From Thermodesulfobacteriota bacterium (lineage in GTDB: Bacteria > Desulfobacterota > RBG-13-43-22), in the NCBI GenBank assembly GCA_049520575.1, contig JBEKPQ010000004.1, positions 5,538 to 69,537 on the forward strand: a DNA stretch of 64,000 nucleotides, written 5' to 3'. A model generated the notes under the pieces. It was not told where the DNA came from. It made no database searches and saw nothing but the letters and a program-made list of their open reading frames with translations. Position 1 is the first letter of the stretch; the number at the start of each line of letters is the position of its first letter. This document shows positions 49,670 to 61,890 of the stretch, piece after piece. Made by a program: the position numbers and the translations under genes.

Positions 49670-49941
49670 GTTTCCTTTCAAACAAACTACCCCCGGAGAA
49701 GCTTCAATCCGAGGGATGATAAAATTTAGCAAAAACTGTTTAAAAGGGCAAGAATAATCGATCCGACCTGAATATCCCTTCGCCAGATCCCCGACATCCT
49801 TAACTCCTGTTATCACTCCCTGTTTTTCCTTGACCCCTTAAGGACCTTATTTTATACTCATTCCATACCAAAAAATTTTCGTATCAGACAAGGGAAGCGA
49901 CGGCAAACTCACCCGCAGAGGCGGGGCAAGAAAGGATTGTT

Positions 49942-50742
49942 ATGTTGGAAGATGTCATCTATGAAGAAATGACCGTGTCCGAGATAAGCAGAGATAAAAC
50001 AGGCTGCCATATTCAGGAGATCAGCAAAAAGGTGATTGCCGAAATATCTTTGAAAATCATGGTCAATGAATCGGAACTGGTTTCCATACTTTGTCTGAAT
50101 CAACTTCAGGAAGAACTGGCCTTAGGTTTTCTGTATAATGAGGGGGTTATTAATGCCTTTTCTGATGTGGAACATATTTCTTTTAACGAGAAGATGCTGG
50201 CCGTTGATATAAAATTGAAAGATGAAATAATCATTGACCGGCGGGAAAGTTTGAGAAGCATCACTTCGGGTTGCGGCAAATGTTATACTTATATTAATCC
50301 GTTGAAACAAAGTCAGTATAAAACCGTACAAAGTGAGGAGACTTTTTCCATTGAGGCCATCTTGAGTTTGATGAAGGATTTTTTATCAAAATCAGAGCTG
50401 TTCAAAAACATAGGGGGAGTACATAGCGTACTGTTATATACTCCGGAGTATGAGTGCCTGACTGACGACATCGGCAGACATAACTGCTTTGATAAGATGA
50501 CCGGCATTATGCTGAAAGAGGACAGGCTCGATTTGTTCAGCCAAGGGATTGTTTTTGTGTCCGGAAGGATTTCTTCCGAAATCATGGCCAAGATTATCAG
50601 GATCGGCGTGCCGGTTCTGGTGTCCAGATCCACACCCACAACCGCCGCTGTGAGACTGGCCGAGCAACATAATGTGACCCTGTTGGGATATGCGCGGGAG
50701 AACGGCGGTTTTATTTACACCCATCCGGAAAGATTAATTTAA
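49942..50742 (+). CDS. fdhD: Sulfurtransferase FdhD (Mo/W-bisPGD cofactor sulfuration)
   Basis: ...SGCGKC... catalytic Cys loop. ...GGVHSV... ...LVSRSTPTTAAVRLAEQHNVTLLGYAR. 266 aa. Confidence 0.8.
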   Translation: MLEDVIYEEMTVSEISRDKTGCHIQEISKKVIAEISLKIMVNESELVSILCLNQLQEELALGFLYNEGVINAFSDVEHISFNEKMLAVDIKLKDEIIIDRRESLRSITSGCGKCYTYINPLKQSQYKTVQSEETFSIEAILSLMKDFLSKSELFKNIGGVHSVLLYTPEYECLTDDIGRHNCFDKMTGIMLKEDRLDLFSQGIVFVSGRISSEIMAKIIRIGVPVLVSRSTPTTAAVRLAEQHNVTLLGYARENGGFIYTHPERLI

Positions 50743-50848
50743 GAGTTATTACCCGGCTCATGATAATATTTTCTTCACGTTAGCAGGTGAGGCTGTTTTT
50801 TCTGGAGTCATTGGCGAACGGGCGCTGTCTTCTCCGGACTTATAAAGG

Positions 50849-51124
50849 GTGGAAACCACCGTCGATATAGGAAGAAAGACCTTGAAGATTCAATTGAAAC
50901 TTTTTGCTTCCCTGTCCGGCTACTTGCCTGAGCAAAAAAAAGGAGAGTTTTCAAACCTGATGGAGGTCGAAAAGGGAACAACGATCAAGTCCCTGTTAAA
51001 TCGATTGAAGATTCCCCCGGAGCAGCCGAAAATTATCTTTTTGAATGGAGTCCATGCCGAGGAAACCGAGATTCTAAAGGATGGAGACCGGTTAGGCGTT
51101 TTTCCGCCCTTGGCCGGTGGATGA
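50849..51124 (+). CDS. moaD: MoaD/ThiS-like small sulfur-carrier protein (C-terminal Gly-Gly)
   Basis: Ends ...DGDRLGVFPPLAGG-stop. IQLKLFASLSGYLP is a beta-grasp start. A TTG at ~50885 may be the real start. Confidence 0.55.
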   Translation: METTVDIGRKTLKIQLKLFASLSGYLPEQKKGEFSNLMEVEKGTTIKSLLNRLKIPPEQPKIIFLNGVHAEETEILKDGDRLGVFPPLAGG

Positions 51125-51182
51125 AAAAAAACCCTCATTTGCCCTCTTAATCTTGTCCGTCATTTATGTCAAATAAGAAATA

Positions 51183-51212
51183 TTGACAAATTAAATTTTT
51201 CCCTCATATCAT
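51183..51212 (+). promoter_or_regulatory. Candidate sigma70-type promoter for the AOR gene
   Basis: ttgaca at 51183-51188, 18-nt spacer, tatcat at 51207-51212. Followed by the cagtatc x2 motif (51263-51280) and a strong RBS aaaggagg. Confidence 0.35.
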
Positions 51213-51306
51213 TTATTCAGCTTGTACACATAAGGGTGTGAAATTTTTTACGGGGTTATTTCCCAGTATCCATCAGTATCAACCCTAACCAAAAAGGAGG
51301 TTCTTT

Positions 51307-53043
51307 ATGGATAAAATTTTGAGAATTAATATGGGTACAGAAGGTGGCCCCAAAATCAGCGAGATCCCGGTGGGTGACTATGCCGGGATGGGAGGTCGAG
51401 GCTTGACTTCAGCCGTCATAGCCAAAGAAGTTCCACCCTCCTGTCATCCCTTAGGCGCCGATAATAAACTGGTGATTGCCCCGGGCATGTTAAGTGGGAC
51501 CAAGGCGCCCAATTCCGGACGAATCTCCATTGGCTGCAAGAGCCCCTTAACCGGAGGCATCAAAGAATCCAATGCCGGTGGTCAGCCTTCTCAGGTCCTG
51601 GCACGCCTGGGTTATGCGGCCATCATTCTGGAAGGAAAGCCCAAGGACAATACCCTTTACAAGATCGTTATCAACAAGGATGGGGTCAACATTCAACCTG
51701 ACAACAGCCTTAAGGGGCTGCCCAATTATGACCTGATCGAAAAGATGAAGGCCCAATACGGAGACAAAATCGCCTGTATATCCATAGGTCCGGCTGGAGA
51801 GATGAAGCTGGCGGCCGCTTCCATCGCCTGTACGGATATGGAATTGAGGCCCACTCGTCACGCCGGACGTGGCGGAGTCGGCGCAGTCATGGGTTCCAAA
51901 GGGGTTAAAGTGATTGTTTTAGACGATACAGGCAAGTCGATGCGTTCTCCCAAGGATCCGGAGAAATTTAGAGAAGCCGTTAAAATATGGACCAAGGGCC
52001 TTCAGGGACATCCGGTCACCGGCCAAGGGCTTGCGGCCTATGGGACCAATGTATTAACCAATATATTGAACGAGGCCGGCGCTTATCCGACCTACAACTT
52101 CAAGGAAGGACGTTTTGCCGGTGCGACCAAAATCAGCGGTGAAACCCAGGCGGAACTGGAAACCTCGCGGGGTGGTCTGGCCACCCATGGTTGCCACCGC
52201 GGTTGTATCATTCGTTGCTCGGGCACCTTTCATGACAAGGACGGCCATTTTGTGACCAAGCAACCGGAATACGAGACGGTCTGGGCCCATGGTGGGAATT
52301 GTGGTATTGATGATTTAGACGTCATTGCCCAGATGGATTTCATGGACGACAATTACGGGCTGGACACCATTGAAATGGGCGCCGCTATCGGCGTGGCTAT
52401 GGAGGGCGGCTTACTCAAATTCGGAGACGGCCAAGGGGCCATTAATTTGATCAAGGAAGTGGGCCAGGGAACTCCCTTAGGCCGCATCATAGGGAGTGGG
52501 GCGGCCGTAACCGGAAAGGCCTTTGGCGTGGAAAGGATTCCGGTGGTCAAGAGCCAGTCTATGCCGGCCTATGATCCCCGGGCTGTGCAGGGCATCGGCG
52601 TGACTTTTGCCACCACCCCCATGGGGGCCGACCATACCGCCGGCTATGCCGTGGCCACCAACATCATGAACATCGGCGGCAAAGTAGATCCCCTTAAACC
52701 GGAAGGACAGATCGAACTTTCCAGGAATCTCCAAATCGCCACCGCGGGGATTGATGCCCTTGGCATGTGCCTCTTCATCGCTTTTGCGGTTTTGGATCAG
52801 CCAGAGACCTTTCAGGCCCTGATCGATATGACCAATGCCTTTTATGGGTTAAGTTTGACGGCTGATGATGTGGCTGCCCTGGGAAAATCGATCCTCAAGA
52901 ACGAAAGGGAATTCAACCGGAAGGCTGGTTTTACAAAAGAACAAGACCGGCTCCCAGATTTCTTCAAAAAAGAACCCCTGATGCCGCATAATGTCACCTT
53001 CCAGGTAAAAGACGAGGATCTGGATCAGGTTTTTAACTGGTAA
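51307..53043 (+). CDS. aor: Tungsten-containing aldehyde:ferredoxin oxidoreductase (AOR family)
   Basis: MDKILRINMGTEG...GGRGLTSAVIAKEV...LVIAPGMLSGT...GRISIGCKSPLTGGIKESNAGG. AOR N-terminal domain plus pterin-binding domains with the Cys ligands of the 4Fe-4S site. 578 aa. Confidence 0.85.
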   Translation: MDKILRINMGTEGGPKISEIPVGDYAGMGGRGLTSAVIAKEVPPSCHPLGADNKLVIAPGMLSGTKAPNSGRISIGCKSPLTGGIKESNAGGQPSQVLARLGYAAIILEGKPKDNTLYKIVINKDGVNIQPDNSLKGLPNYDLIEKMKAQYGDKIACISIGPAGEMKLAAASIACTDMELRPTRHAGRGGVGAVMGSKGVKVIVLDDTGKSMRSPKDPEKFREAVKIWTKGLQGHPVTGQGLAAYGTNVLTNILNEAGAYPTYNFKEGRFAGATKISGETQAELETSRGGLATHGCHRGCIIRCSGTFHDKDGHFVTKQPEYETVWAHGGNCGIDDLDVIAQMDFMDDNYGLDTIEMGAAIGVAMEGGLLKFGDGQGAINLIKEVGQGTPLGRIIGSGAAVTGKAFGVERIPVVKSQSMPAYDPRAVQGIGVTFATTPMGADHTAGYAVATNIMNIGGKVDPLKPEGQIELSRNLQIATAGIDALGMCLFIAFAVLDQPETFQALIDMTNAFYGLSLTADDVAALGKSILKNEREFNRKAGFTKEQDRLPDFFKKEPLMPHNVTFQVKDEDLDQVFNW

Positions 53044-53214
53044 CCACTCTGTTATTGAATATCAAGGGGAGGTCTTTAGAGGGCCTCCCTTTTTTTAACT
53101 AAATATTGGATTCGATTTCCGCTGTTGACGAAAGAGGATTCGAGTTCCAACTCTGTTGAGATTGACCTCCTGAATCCTTAGAATCATTTTTATGTTTGCC
53201 GGCACCCACCACAA

Positions 53215-53832
53215 GTGGGTATAATGGTAAAAATGGAAAAGGCTCTTTTTCTTACCCTGAAGTCGGGACTTCTTAACCTGTTTTTTATTTTTTTCCAGCA
53301 GGGGGTCATGATAAAAACAACGGTAGGCTACAGTATCAAGACCTGGCTTTCCCAGATGGGTATAACCTCCGAATATGTGGCCGACCGAATTCAAACCGTT
53401 TTTCTTGATGGGAAAGCAGTGGATGACATCGAGGCGACAGTCATCCGAGACGGATCCAACCTTTCCCTTTCCGGCGCCTTACCGGGGTTGGTGGGGGCCA
53501 CCCTACGGCGGGGAGGTTTTTTTGCATCCCTGCGTTCTTCTATTACCCATTCAGTGGATGACGAGATGCCCCTTCAAAAAGACGGCTGGGTGACCGTGAA
53601 GCTCTTTAACCTGCTGATCCCCGAACTCGGCCCTCTTTTTCTGGCCAAAGGTTTTTTGATCAAAGGGGAGGCCCTCGAAAAATTTTTAAAGAGTCAAGCA
53701 GAAGATTTCTGGTCCGGTTGCCTATCCGCCCACCTTGACAGCCGTGAAATCGATTTAAAGACCTTGAGGGAAATGCAATGGTCTCCTGGTAAGGAGCTTG
53801 TCTTCGTTAACGTATTGAGTGTCTCCAAATAA
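53215..53832 (+). CDS. Hypothetical protein between the AOR and MobA-like genes
   Basis: 205-aa ORF in co-directional operon context. No recognisable motif. Start uncertain: ATG at 53215, 53224 or 53233. Confidence 0.35.
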   Translation: MGIMVKMEKALFLTLKSGLLNLFFIFFQQGVMIKTTVGYSIKTWLSQMGITSEYVADRIQTVFLDGKAVDDIEATVIRDGSNLSLSGALPGLVGATLRRGGFFASLRSSITHSVDDEMPLQKDGWVTVKLFNLLIPELGPLFLAKGFLIKGEALEKFLKSQAEDFWSGCLSAHLDSREIDLKTLREMQWSPGKELVFVNVLSVSK

Positions 53833-53844
53833 TATTCGAAGGTT

Positions 53845-54504
53845 ATGGTTAAAACCGAAAACATATCCGCCATTATCCTGGCCGCGGGTTTTTCGAAGCG
53901 CATGGGACAGTTTAAACCGCTAATGGAATTAGGTAGACAAACGATCGTGGCATGGGTCGTTTCCTTGTACCGGGCTGTTGGTTTGAAAGATATTGAGGTG
54001 GTCGTCGGGTTTCGAGGGGAGGAAATTAAGGCCGCATTGACCTCCTTGGGGATCAGGATTACGGTCAACAGGGATTTTGATAAGGGGATGTACTCCTCAA
54101 TCGTAGCAGGGGTTCGAGATCTGCCTGACTCCTGCCGCGCCTTTTTCGTCCACCCCGTTGATATTCCATTAGTTCGGATTTCCACGGTTAAGGCCTTGAT
54201 GAGGACTTACCATGAAAGATCAACCAAGATCTCTTACCCCTGGTTTAACGGCCGACGAGGGCATCCCCCACTGATTGATGCGGACTTATCCAAAGAAATC
54301 ATATCTTGGCATCAGGACGGGGGGCTGCGGACCTTTCTGGAAACACGGGAAGACCAGGCCATCAATGTGCCTGTGTCCGACGAAGGGGTTCTGCTTGACC
54401 TGGATATACCGGAAGATTACCGATTATTAAAAGCCAGGCTGAGGGAAGAAGTTGGAGGAGTGCCGGAGGCTCATGGAGGAGAGAATAGACGGTTAATACG
54501 ATGA
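53845..54504 (+). CDS. MobA-like nucleotidyltransferase (molybdenum/tungsten cofactor guanylyl/cytidylyl-transferase family)
   Basis: ISAIILAAGFSKRMGQFKPLMELG...VVVGFRGEEI...MYSSIVAGV. MobA/MocA N-terminal NTP-transferase motifs. 219 aa. Confidence 0.7.
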   Translation: MVKTENISAIILAAGFSKRMGQFKPLMELGRQTIVAWVVSLYRAVGLKDIEVVVGFRGEEIKAALTSLGIRITVNRDFDKGMYSSIVAGVRDLPDSCRAFFVHPVDIPLVRISTVKALMRTYHERSTKISYPWFNGRRGHPPLIDADLSKEIISWHQDGGLRTFLETREDQAINVPVSDEGVLLDLDIPEDYRLLKARLREEVGGVPEAHGGENRRLIR

Positions 54505-55110
54505 TGTTGCGATGGCAGTGACTTCCTTATAGGGCGTCTCTCCCTGGCAGTTTAGGCAGCTTTCACCATCCTTGAGCGGATAGGCTTCCCCGCACCTTGG
54601 GCATATCCCAATCGGCCCCTTATTTTTTCTTTTAATCTTTTCAGATTCGACGCAGACCTGCTGTAGGCTCAGTAGACCATGCCCTGCTTCCTTGATCTGG
54701 GCCATCAAACGTTCGGCGTTTTGGCCCGGTTTTTTCTTGAGTTTGAGATACCAGTCCCGAACCTCAGGCCAAGCTTCCAATTTTTTTGCGTCTAAATAAA
54801 CTCGAACACCCGCTCCGTCGTATTTTTCATACAGGGTCACTGCATATCTTCCCAAATTCAGCACCGTCAGCCAGCCATTGCCGATAGTGCAGGGTGTCAG
54901 GATCTGTATGGCATCGGGCAGGCAGGCCGGGGTTTCGCAGATGGCATCAAAGAATTCGCCGTCGGGCAAATGTTTCAACGCCAAATCAACCATAAAACCA
55001 CCGATGATCAATCCCGGCGCCAGACTGCCGTGGAATGATTCCACCAGGTGGAGATATTCTTCATAGGAATAGGTACCAATGTTCATGAATGAAAAAATCC
55101 TTATTGACAA
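54493..55110 (-). CDS. FmdE/FwdE-family protein with a C-terminal zinc ribbon
   Basis: FHGSLAPGLIIGGFMV matches the FwdE HGHxCPGLAxG region. C-terminal CPRCGE...CLNCQG. Commonly found next to tungstate/molybdate transporters. 205 aa. Confidence 0.6.
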   Translation of the reverse strand: MSIRIFSFMNIGTYSYEEYLHLVESFHGSLAPGLIIGGFMVDLALKHLPDGEFFDAICETPACLPDAIQILTPCTIGNGWLTVLNLGRYAVTLYEKYDGAGVRVYLDAKKLEAWPEVRDWYLKLKKKPGQNAERLMAQIKEAGHGLLSLQQVCVESEKIKRKNKGPIGICPRCGEAYPLKDGESCLNCQGETPYKEVTAIATSSY

Positions 55111-55111
55111 A

Positions 55112-55822
55112 TTAAGTTACAAGAGACAGACGGGGTTCCCGTGTTGCTTTAGGAATCTTCCCTGATGAAGGCCCCCGGCGATACGTTCTCTGCATCCAGT
55201 CTTTATCTTCTTTACCGTCAACGATTGGCAGAATTTCATCGGCCAAAAAGAAGGCCTCGTTGATATCGTGGGTTACATAAATGATGGGAATGGACAGCTT
55301 TTTTTTAAGGTTTTTCAATTCCTGGCGAAGCTCCCGTCGTGTGACGACATCCAAAGCCGAAAGGGGTTCATCCAGAAGCAGCAACCGGGGCCTTCTGGCC
55401 AAGGCCTGACAGATGGCACAACGTTGGCGCTCCCCTCCGGAAACCATGTGGGGTTTGCGGTCCCGAAGATGACTGATGTTAAACAACGCAAACAGGGCAT
55501 GGACTTCCTTTTTATCCACGGCAGCGAAGGCCGCATTTTTATATAGATTCAGGTGCGGGAAAAGGGTGTAATCCTGAAAGACATATCCAATACTGCGCTT
55601 ACGGGTTGGAACATTGATGTGCCGGGCAGAATCAAACCAGACCTGATTATGGAAGACGGTCTTTCCTTGGTCCGGCGTCTCCAGACCGGCCAGCATGCGG
55701 ATGATGGTTGTTTTTCCCCCACCTGAAGGTCCGATCAGCACCAGCATTTTATCTTCTGGGCATGAAAAGGAAATATCCAGATCAAAGAAATTGAGTTTTT
55801 TCTTAAGTGTGGTCTGAAGCAT
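55112..55822 (-). CDS. ABC transporter ATP-binding protein (ModC/TupC-like)
   Basis: Walker A GPSGGGKTT. Signature LSGGERQRCAICQAL. Walker B LLLLDEPLSALD. 236 aa. Single NBD without a C-terminal TOBE domain. Confidence 0.8.
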   Translation of the reverse strand: MLQTTLKKKLNFFDLDISFSCPEDKMLVLIGPSGGGKTTIIRMLAGLETPDQGKTVFHNQVWFDSARHINVPTRKRSIGYVFQDYTLFPHLNLYKNAAFAAVDKKEVHALFALFNISHLRDRKPHMVSGGERQRCAICQALARRPRLLLLDEPLSALDVVTRRELRQELKNLKKKLSIPIIYVTHDINEAFFLADEILPIVDGKEDKDWMQRTYRRGPSSGKIPKATREPRLSLVT

Positions 55823-56480
55823 TATTTTTGGAATCTCCGTTGAGTTTATTCATTAACAGAAGAAAGGCATAACTGATTGGGATGAAACTCAAGGCTATGA
55901 GGCCGGCCGCACGATAATTCATGGTTTCCACGGCTTCATAAATGGCGATGGAGGCCACCTTGGTCACTCCCGGAATGCTGCCGCCGACCATCAACAGTAC
56001 GCCAAAGGCACCTATACTGTGAAGAAAGACCAAGACCGACGCGGCAACCAACCCGGCGATGCTGTTGGGGATGACCACCCGGATAAATGCCGCCGGTTGC
56101 GAAAGCCCAAGGACAGAAGCACTCTCCAAAAGCCGGCGATCGATTTTCAGAAAGGCCGCTTTCATCGGCTGGACGGCGAAGGAAATGCTGTAAATAATCG
56201 AAGCCAGCACAATGCCCAGAAAGGTAAACAACAGGGAGTTTCCTGTGAGGGCCTGCCAGAATTTCCCGATCCATCCCCTGGGACCCATGACCATGATTAA
56301 ATAAAAACCGATCACGGTCGGCGGTAAGGCCATGGGGAGATAGATCAAGGCCTCCAGAAAGGATTTCCCGGGAAACCTGGAATAGGCCAGGACATAGGCC
56401 AGAGGGGCGGCTATAATGATCAGGATAACGGTGGTAACGACCGCCAGTTTTAAGGTAACCCAAAGTGCGAGATAATCCAT
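55803..56480 (-). CDS. ABC transporter permease (ModB/TupB-like)
   Basis: Five or six TM helices. EAA-like loop ...SASVLGLSQPAAFIRVVIP... 225 aa. Overlaps the ATPase gene. Confidence 0.8.
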   Translation of the reverse strand: MDYLALWVTLKLAVVTTVILIIIAAPLAYVLAYSRFPGKSFLEALIYLPMALPPTVIGFYLIMVMGPRGWIGKFWQALTGNSLLFTFLGIVLASIIYSISFAVQPMKAAFLKIDRRLLESASVLGLSQPAAFIRVVIPNSIAGLVAASVLVFLHSIGAFGVLLMVGGSIPGVTKVASIAIYEAVETMNYRAAGLIALSFIPISYAFLLLMNKLNGDSKNNASDHT

Positions 56481-57227
56481 TTACTTGTATCCATACTTTA
56501 TTTTTATCTGATCAGCCTCAGACGAAAGAAGAAAGGCCAAAAATCGTTTCACCGTTTCCCGGTTTTTCGTGTTTTTCAATAGGCAGGCGAATTGAATGAT
56601 AGCCGGCGCTTCCGGGATGATCAAGAAACAGCCGCTTTGTCCCTCAGGGGTGGAAGTTATCGACAGGGAGCAGAAACCGGCCTCAACCGCCCCGGTTGAG
56701 GCATACTGAAAGGACTGGGACACATCCTGGGCATTAACCAGCCTTGGCTGCAATGCATCCCACAATCCCGCTTTCTGCAAGGCCGTCTTGGCAGCCGCTC
56801 CGTAGGGGGAGGTTACCGGATTGGCCAGGGAGATCTTTTTAATCCGATTATTCTTCAGGGCTTCCCGCCAATCCCGGGACCTGCAGAAATCTTTTCGGGT
56901 CGACCATAGAACGTCCCGGCCTTCGGCATATAGGAAAGGCGCCTCTCCCAGGCCGTCTTTATGGAGACGGGCGGGTATTTCTTCGTCCGCCGACAGGAAA
57001 AGATCGTATGGGGCGCCATTGACAATCTGACTATAAAGGTTTCCCGTCGAAGAAAAAGTCGCCTCAACTTTAATCTTCGTTTTCGCCTCAAATCTTTCAG
57101 CGATCTCTTTGAAAGCTTGAATAAAATTGGCCGCAACAGCGACCCGGATTTTTTCCTGCGACCAGGCGGAAAAAGGGTTGATCAAAAAAACCATCAAGAT
57201 TAGAAGAAGCTGAAAAGATTTTTTCAT
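56481..57227 (-). CDS. Periplasmic molybdate/tungstate-binding protein (ModA/TupA-like)
   Basis: Signal peptide. IRVAVAANFIQAFKEI...TFSSTGNLYSQIVNGAPYDLFLSADEE resembles the ModA anion-binding N-lobe. 248 aa. Confidence 0.65.
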   Translation of the reverse strand: MKKSFQLLLILMVFLINPFSAWSQEKIRVAVAANFIQAFKEIAERFEAKTKIKVEATFSSTGNLYSQIVNGAPYDLFLSADEEIPARLHKDGLGEAPFLYAEGRDVLWSTRKDFCRSRDWREALKNNRIKKISLANPVTSPYGAAAKTALQKAGLWDALQPRLVNAQDVSQSFQYASTGAVEAGFCSLSITSTPEGQSGCFLIIPEAPAIIQFACLLKNTKNRETVKRFLAFLLSSEADQIKIKYGYK

Positions 57228-57662
57228 AATCTTATTTTTTTAGGGGAGACTTCGTATGTTAAAATTAGCATATAACTAGATGAATTACAAATGGATTATT
57301 AAAAGTGAGGCATATATTTTTTTTGAGGAGCGATTTGATAAAGGTTGTATTTTCCATTTAAGTTCCTTATCCAACGATGTTTTTTCCCCCCTTTTTCTCC
57401 TTGACCGCTCCTTCGGCTTCTTCTATACTTTGGTCGGCTTAAAAAATATGATCAAAGGGAAATTCAAAGGTTGATTTTTTTTACAAACCTAGTTATTATG
57501 CCGGCAATTTAGAGGGATTAGGCATAACATACCTAAAAAAAATCAACCAAAACCCTGCCGATCATCCTGAAATAATTAATTTTATTCGGGGCGTACTAAA
57601 GGAAGGACTTTGCGACATTGAAACGGGGGCTTAATCGGTCTCCAGAAAAATAGAGGAGGAAT

Positions 57663-58160
57663 TTGATGAAAGCGGAAGACAGTGATATTTTAAAAGAATT
57701 TACAGCAGAGCAATTAACCAAGCTCGAAGAAATTATCAGCAAGCACAAAGGAAAACCCGGCGGATTAATTCCGGTGCTGGAAGAGGCGCAAGTGTCCCTG
57801 GAATATTTACCCATATCCGTGCAAAAGAAGATTGCCAAGGAATTGAATTTGCCTCTGAGCCGTGTTTACGGGGTGGTCACCTTTTACTCCTTCTTCACCA
57901 TGACCCCCCGCGGCAAACACACGGTACGGGTTTGTCTGGGTACGGCCTGTTATGTCCGTGGCGGCAAGGCCCTGGCTGAAAGTCTTCAAAAGGAATTCGG
58001 CATTAAAGAAGGCGAAACCACACCGGATCGGATGTTCACTTTGGAAACCGTCCGCTGTTTGGGCGCCTGCGGCTTGGGGCCGGTGGTGGTGGTGGACGAT
58101 GAAGTGCACGGCCGTATGAAACCATCCAAGGTCAGGGAAGTTTTGGCCCAATACAATTAA
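57663..58160 (+). CDS. NuoE-like [2Fe-2S] thioredoxin-fold subunit (24-kDa subunit / HndA-type)
   Basis: VRVCLGTACYVRGGKAL...LETVRCLGACGLGPVVVVDDEV. The four Cys of the NuoE 2Fe-2S site. 165 aa. Confidence 0.8.
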   Translation: MMKAEDSDILKEFTAEQLTKLEEIISKHKGKPGGLIPVLEEAQVSLEYLPISVQKKIAKELNLPLSRVYGVVTFYSFFTMTPRGKHTVRVCLGTACYVRGGKALAESLQKEFGIKEGETTPDRMFTLETVRCLGACGLGPVVVVDDEVHGRMKPSKVREVLAQYN

Positions 58161-58201
58161 CGCTATAATTTTGCAAGCAAAAATAACGGGAGGAAACGCC
58201 G

Positions 58202-58585
58202 ATGGCGAAATTGCTTATAGATGATTTAAAAAAAATTAAAGAAAGAGTAGAAAAGGAAATGTCTTTACGGGAAGGCGACCGCCGCGTCAAGGTGACCGTT
58301 CATATGGGGACCTGCGGTATCGCTTCCGGGGCCAAGGCGGTTATGGATACGCTGCTTCAAGAAATCGAAGCCGCCGATTCCAGTGACGTGGCCGTGACCA
58401 CGTCGGGCTGCATGGGTTTGTGCAGCCGTGAACCTTTGGTTACTGTGGAGATACTCAATCAAGAACCGATCAAGTACGAATATATGAATCCCAATAAAAT
58501 GAGACAGGTTTTTAAAAGACATATTCTGGCGGGGGAGATTCAGACTCCCTTTGTTTTGGCGAAAGGCTCTGAAGTCATCAGATAA
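58202..58585 (+). CDS. Thioredoxin-like [2Fe-2S] ferredoxin (HndB-like)
   Basis: VTVHMGTCGIASGA...TTSGCMGLCSREPLV. Cys pattern of the small 2Fe-2S ferredoxin domain found in NADH-linked hydrogenase and FDH diaphorase operons. 127 aa. Confidence 0.5.
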   Translation: MAKLLIDDLKKIKERVEKEMSLREGDRRVKVTVHMGTCGIASGAKAVMDTLLQEIEAADSSDVAVTTSGCMGLCSREPLVTVEILNQEPIKYEYMNPNKMRQVFKRHILAGEIQTPFVLAKGSEVIR

Positions 58586-58650
58586 TTTTTTCGCCCATAA
58601 GACATTCTGTATCGATAGCATAATAAATTCTCAAGGAGGATGTTGACTCA

Positions 58651-61707
<3,057 letters not shown>

Positions 61708-61890
61708 ATTATTTAACCCTAAGCTTACGGAATCACCGGTTGGTATGCTGACCAATTCGGTTCTGGATCTGATTGGGAAGATCTCCGAATATAAAGTTTG
61801 AGCGGTTAAACTGGAAGCAACTTGATCGCCTTCTGGAGATATCTCATTATGATTGCCAAATACACAAAATAAAATATGAGGGGGTGCTCA

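Noticed and set aside
57280-57474. 64-aa ORF in the modA/nuoE divergent region
   Set aside because: No RBS, hydrophobic junk-like sequence, AT-rich leader context. Probably non-coding.
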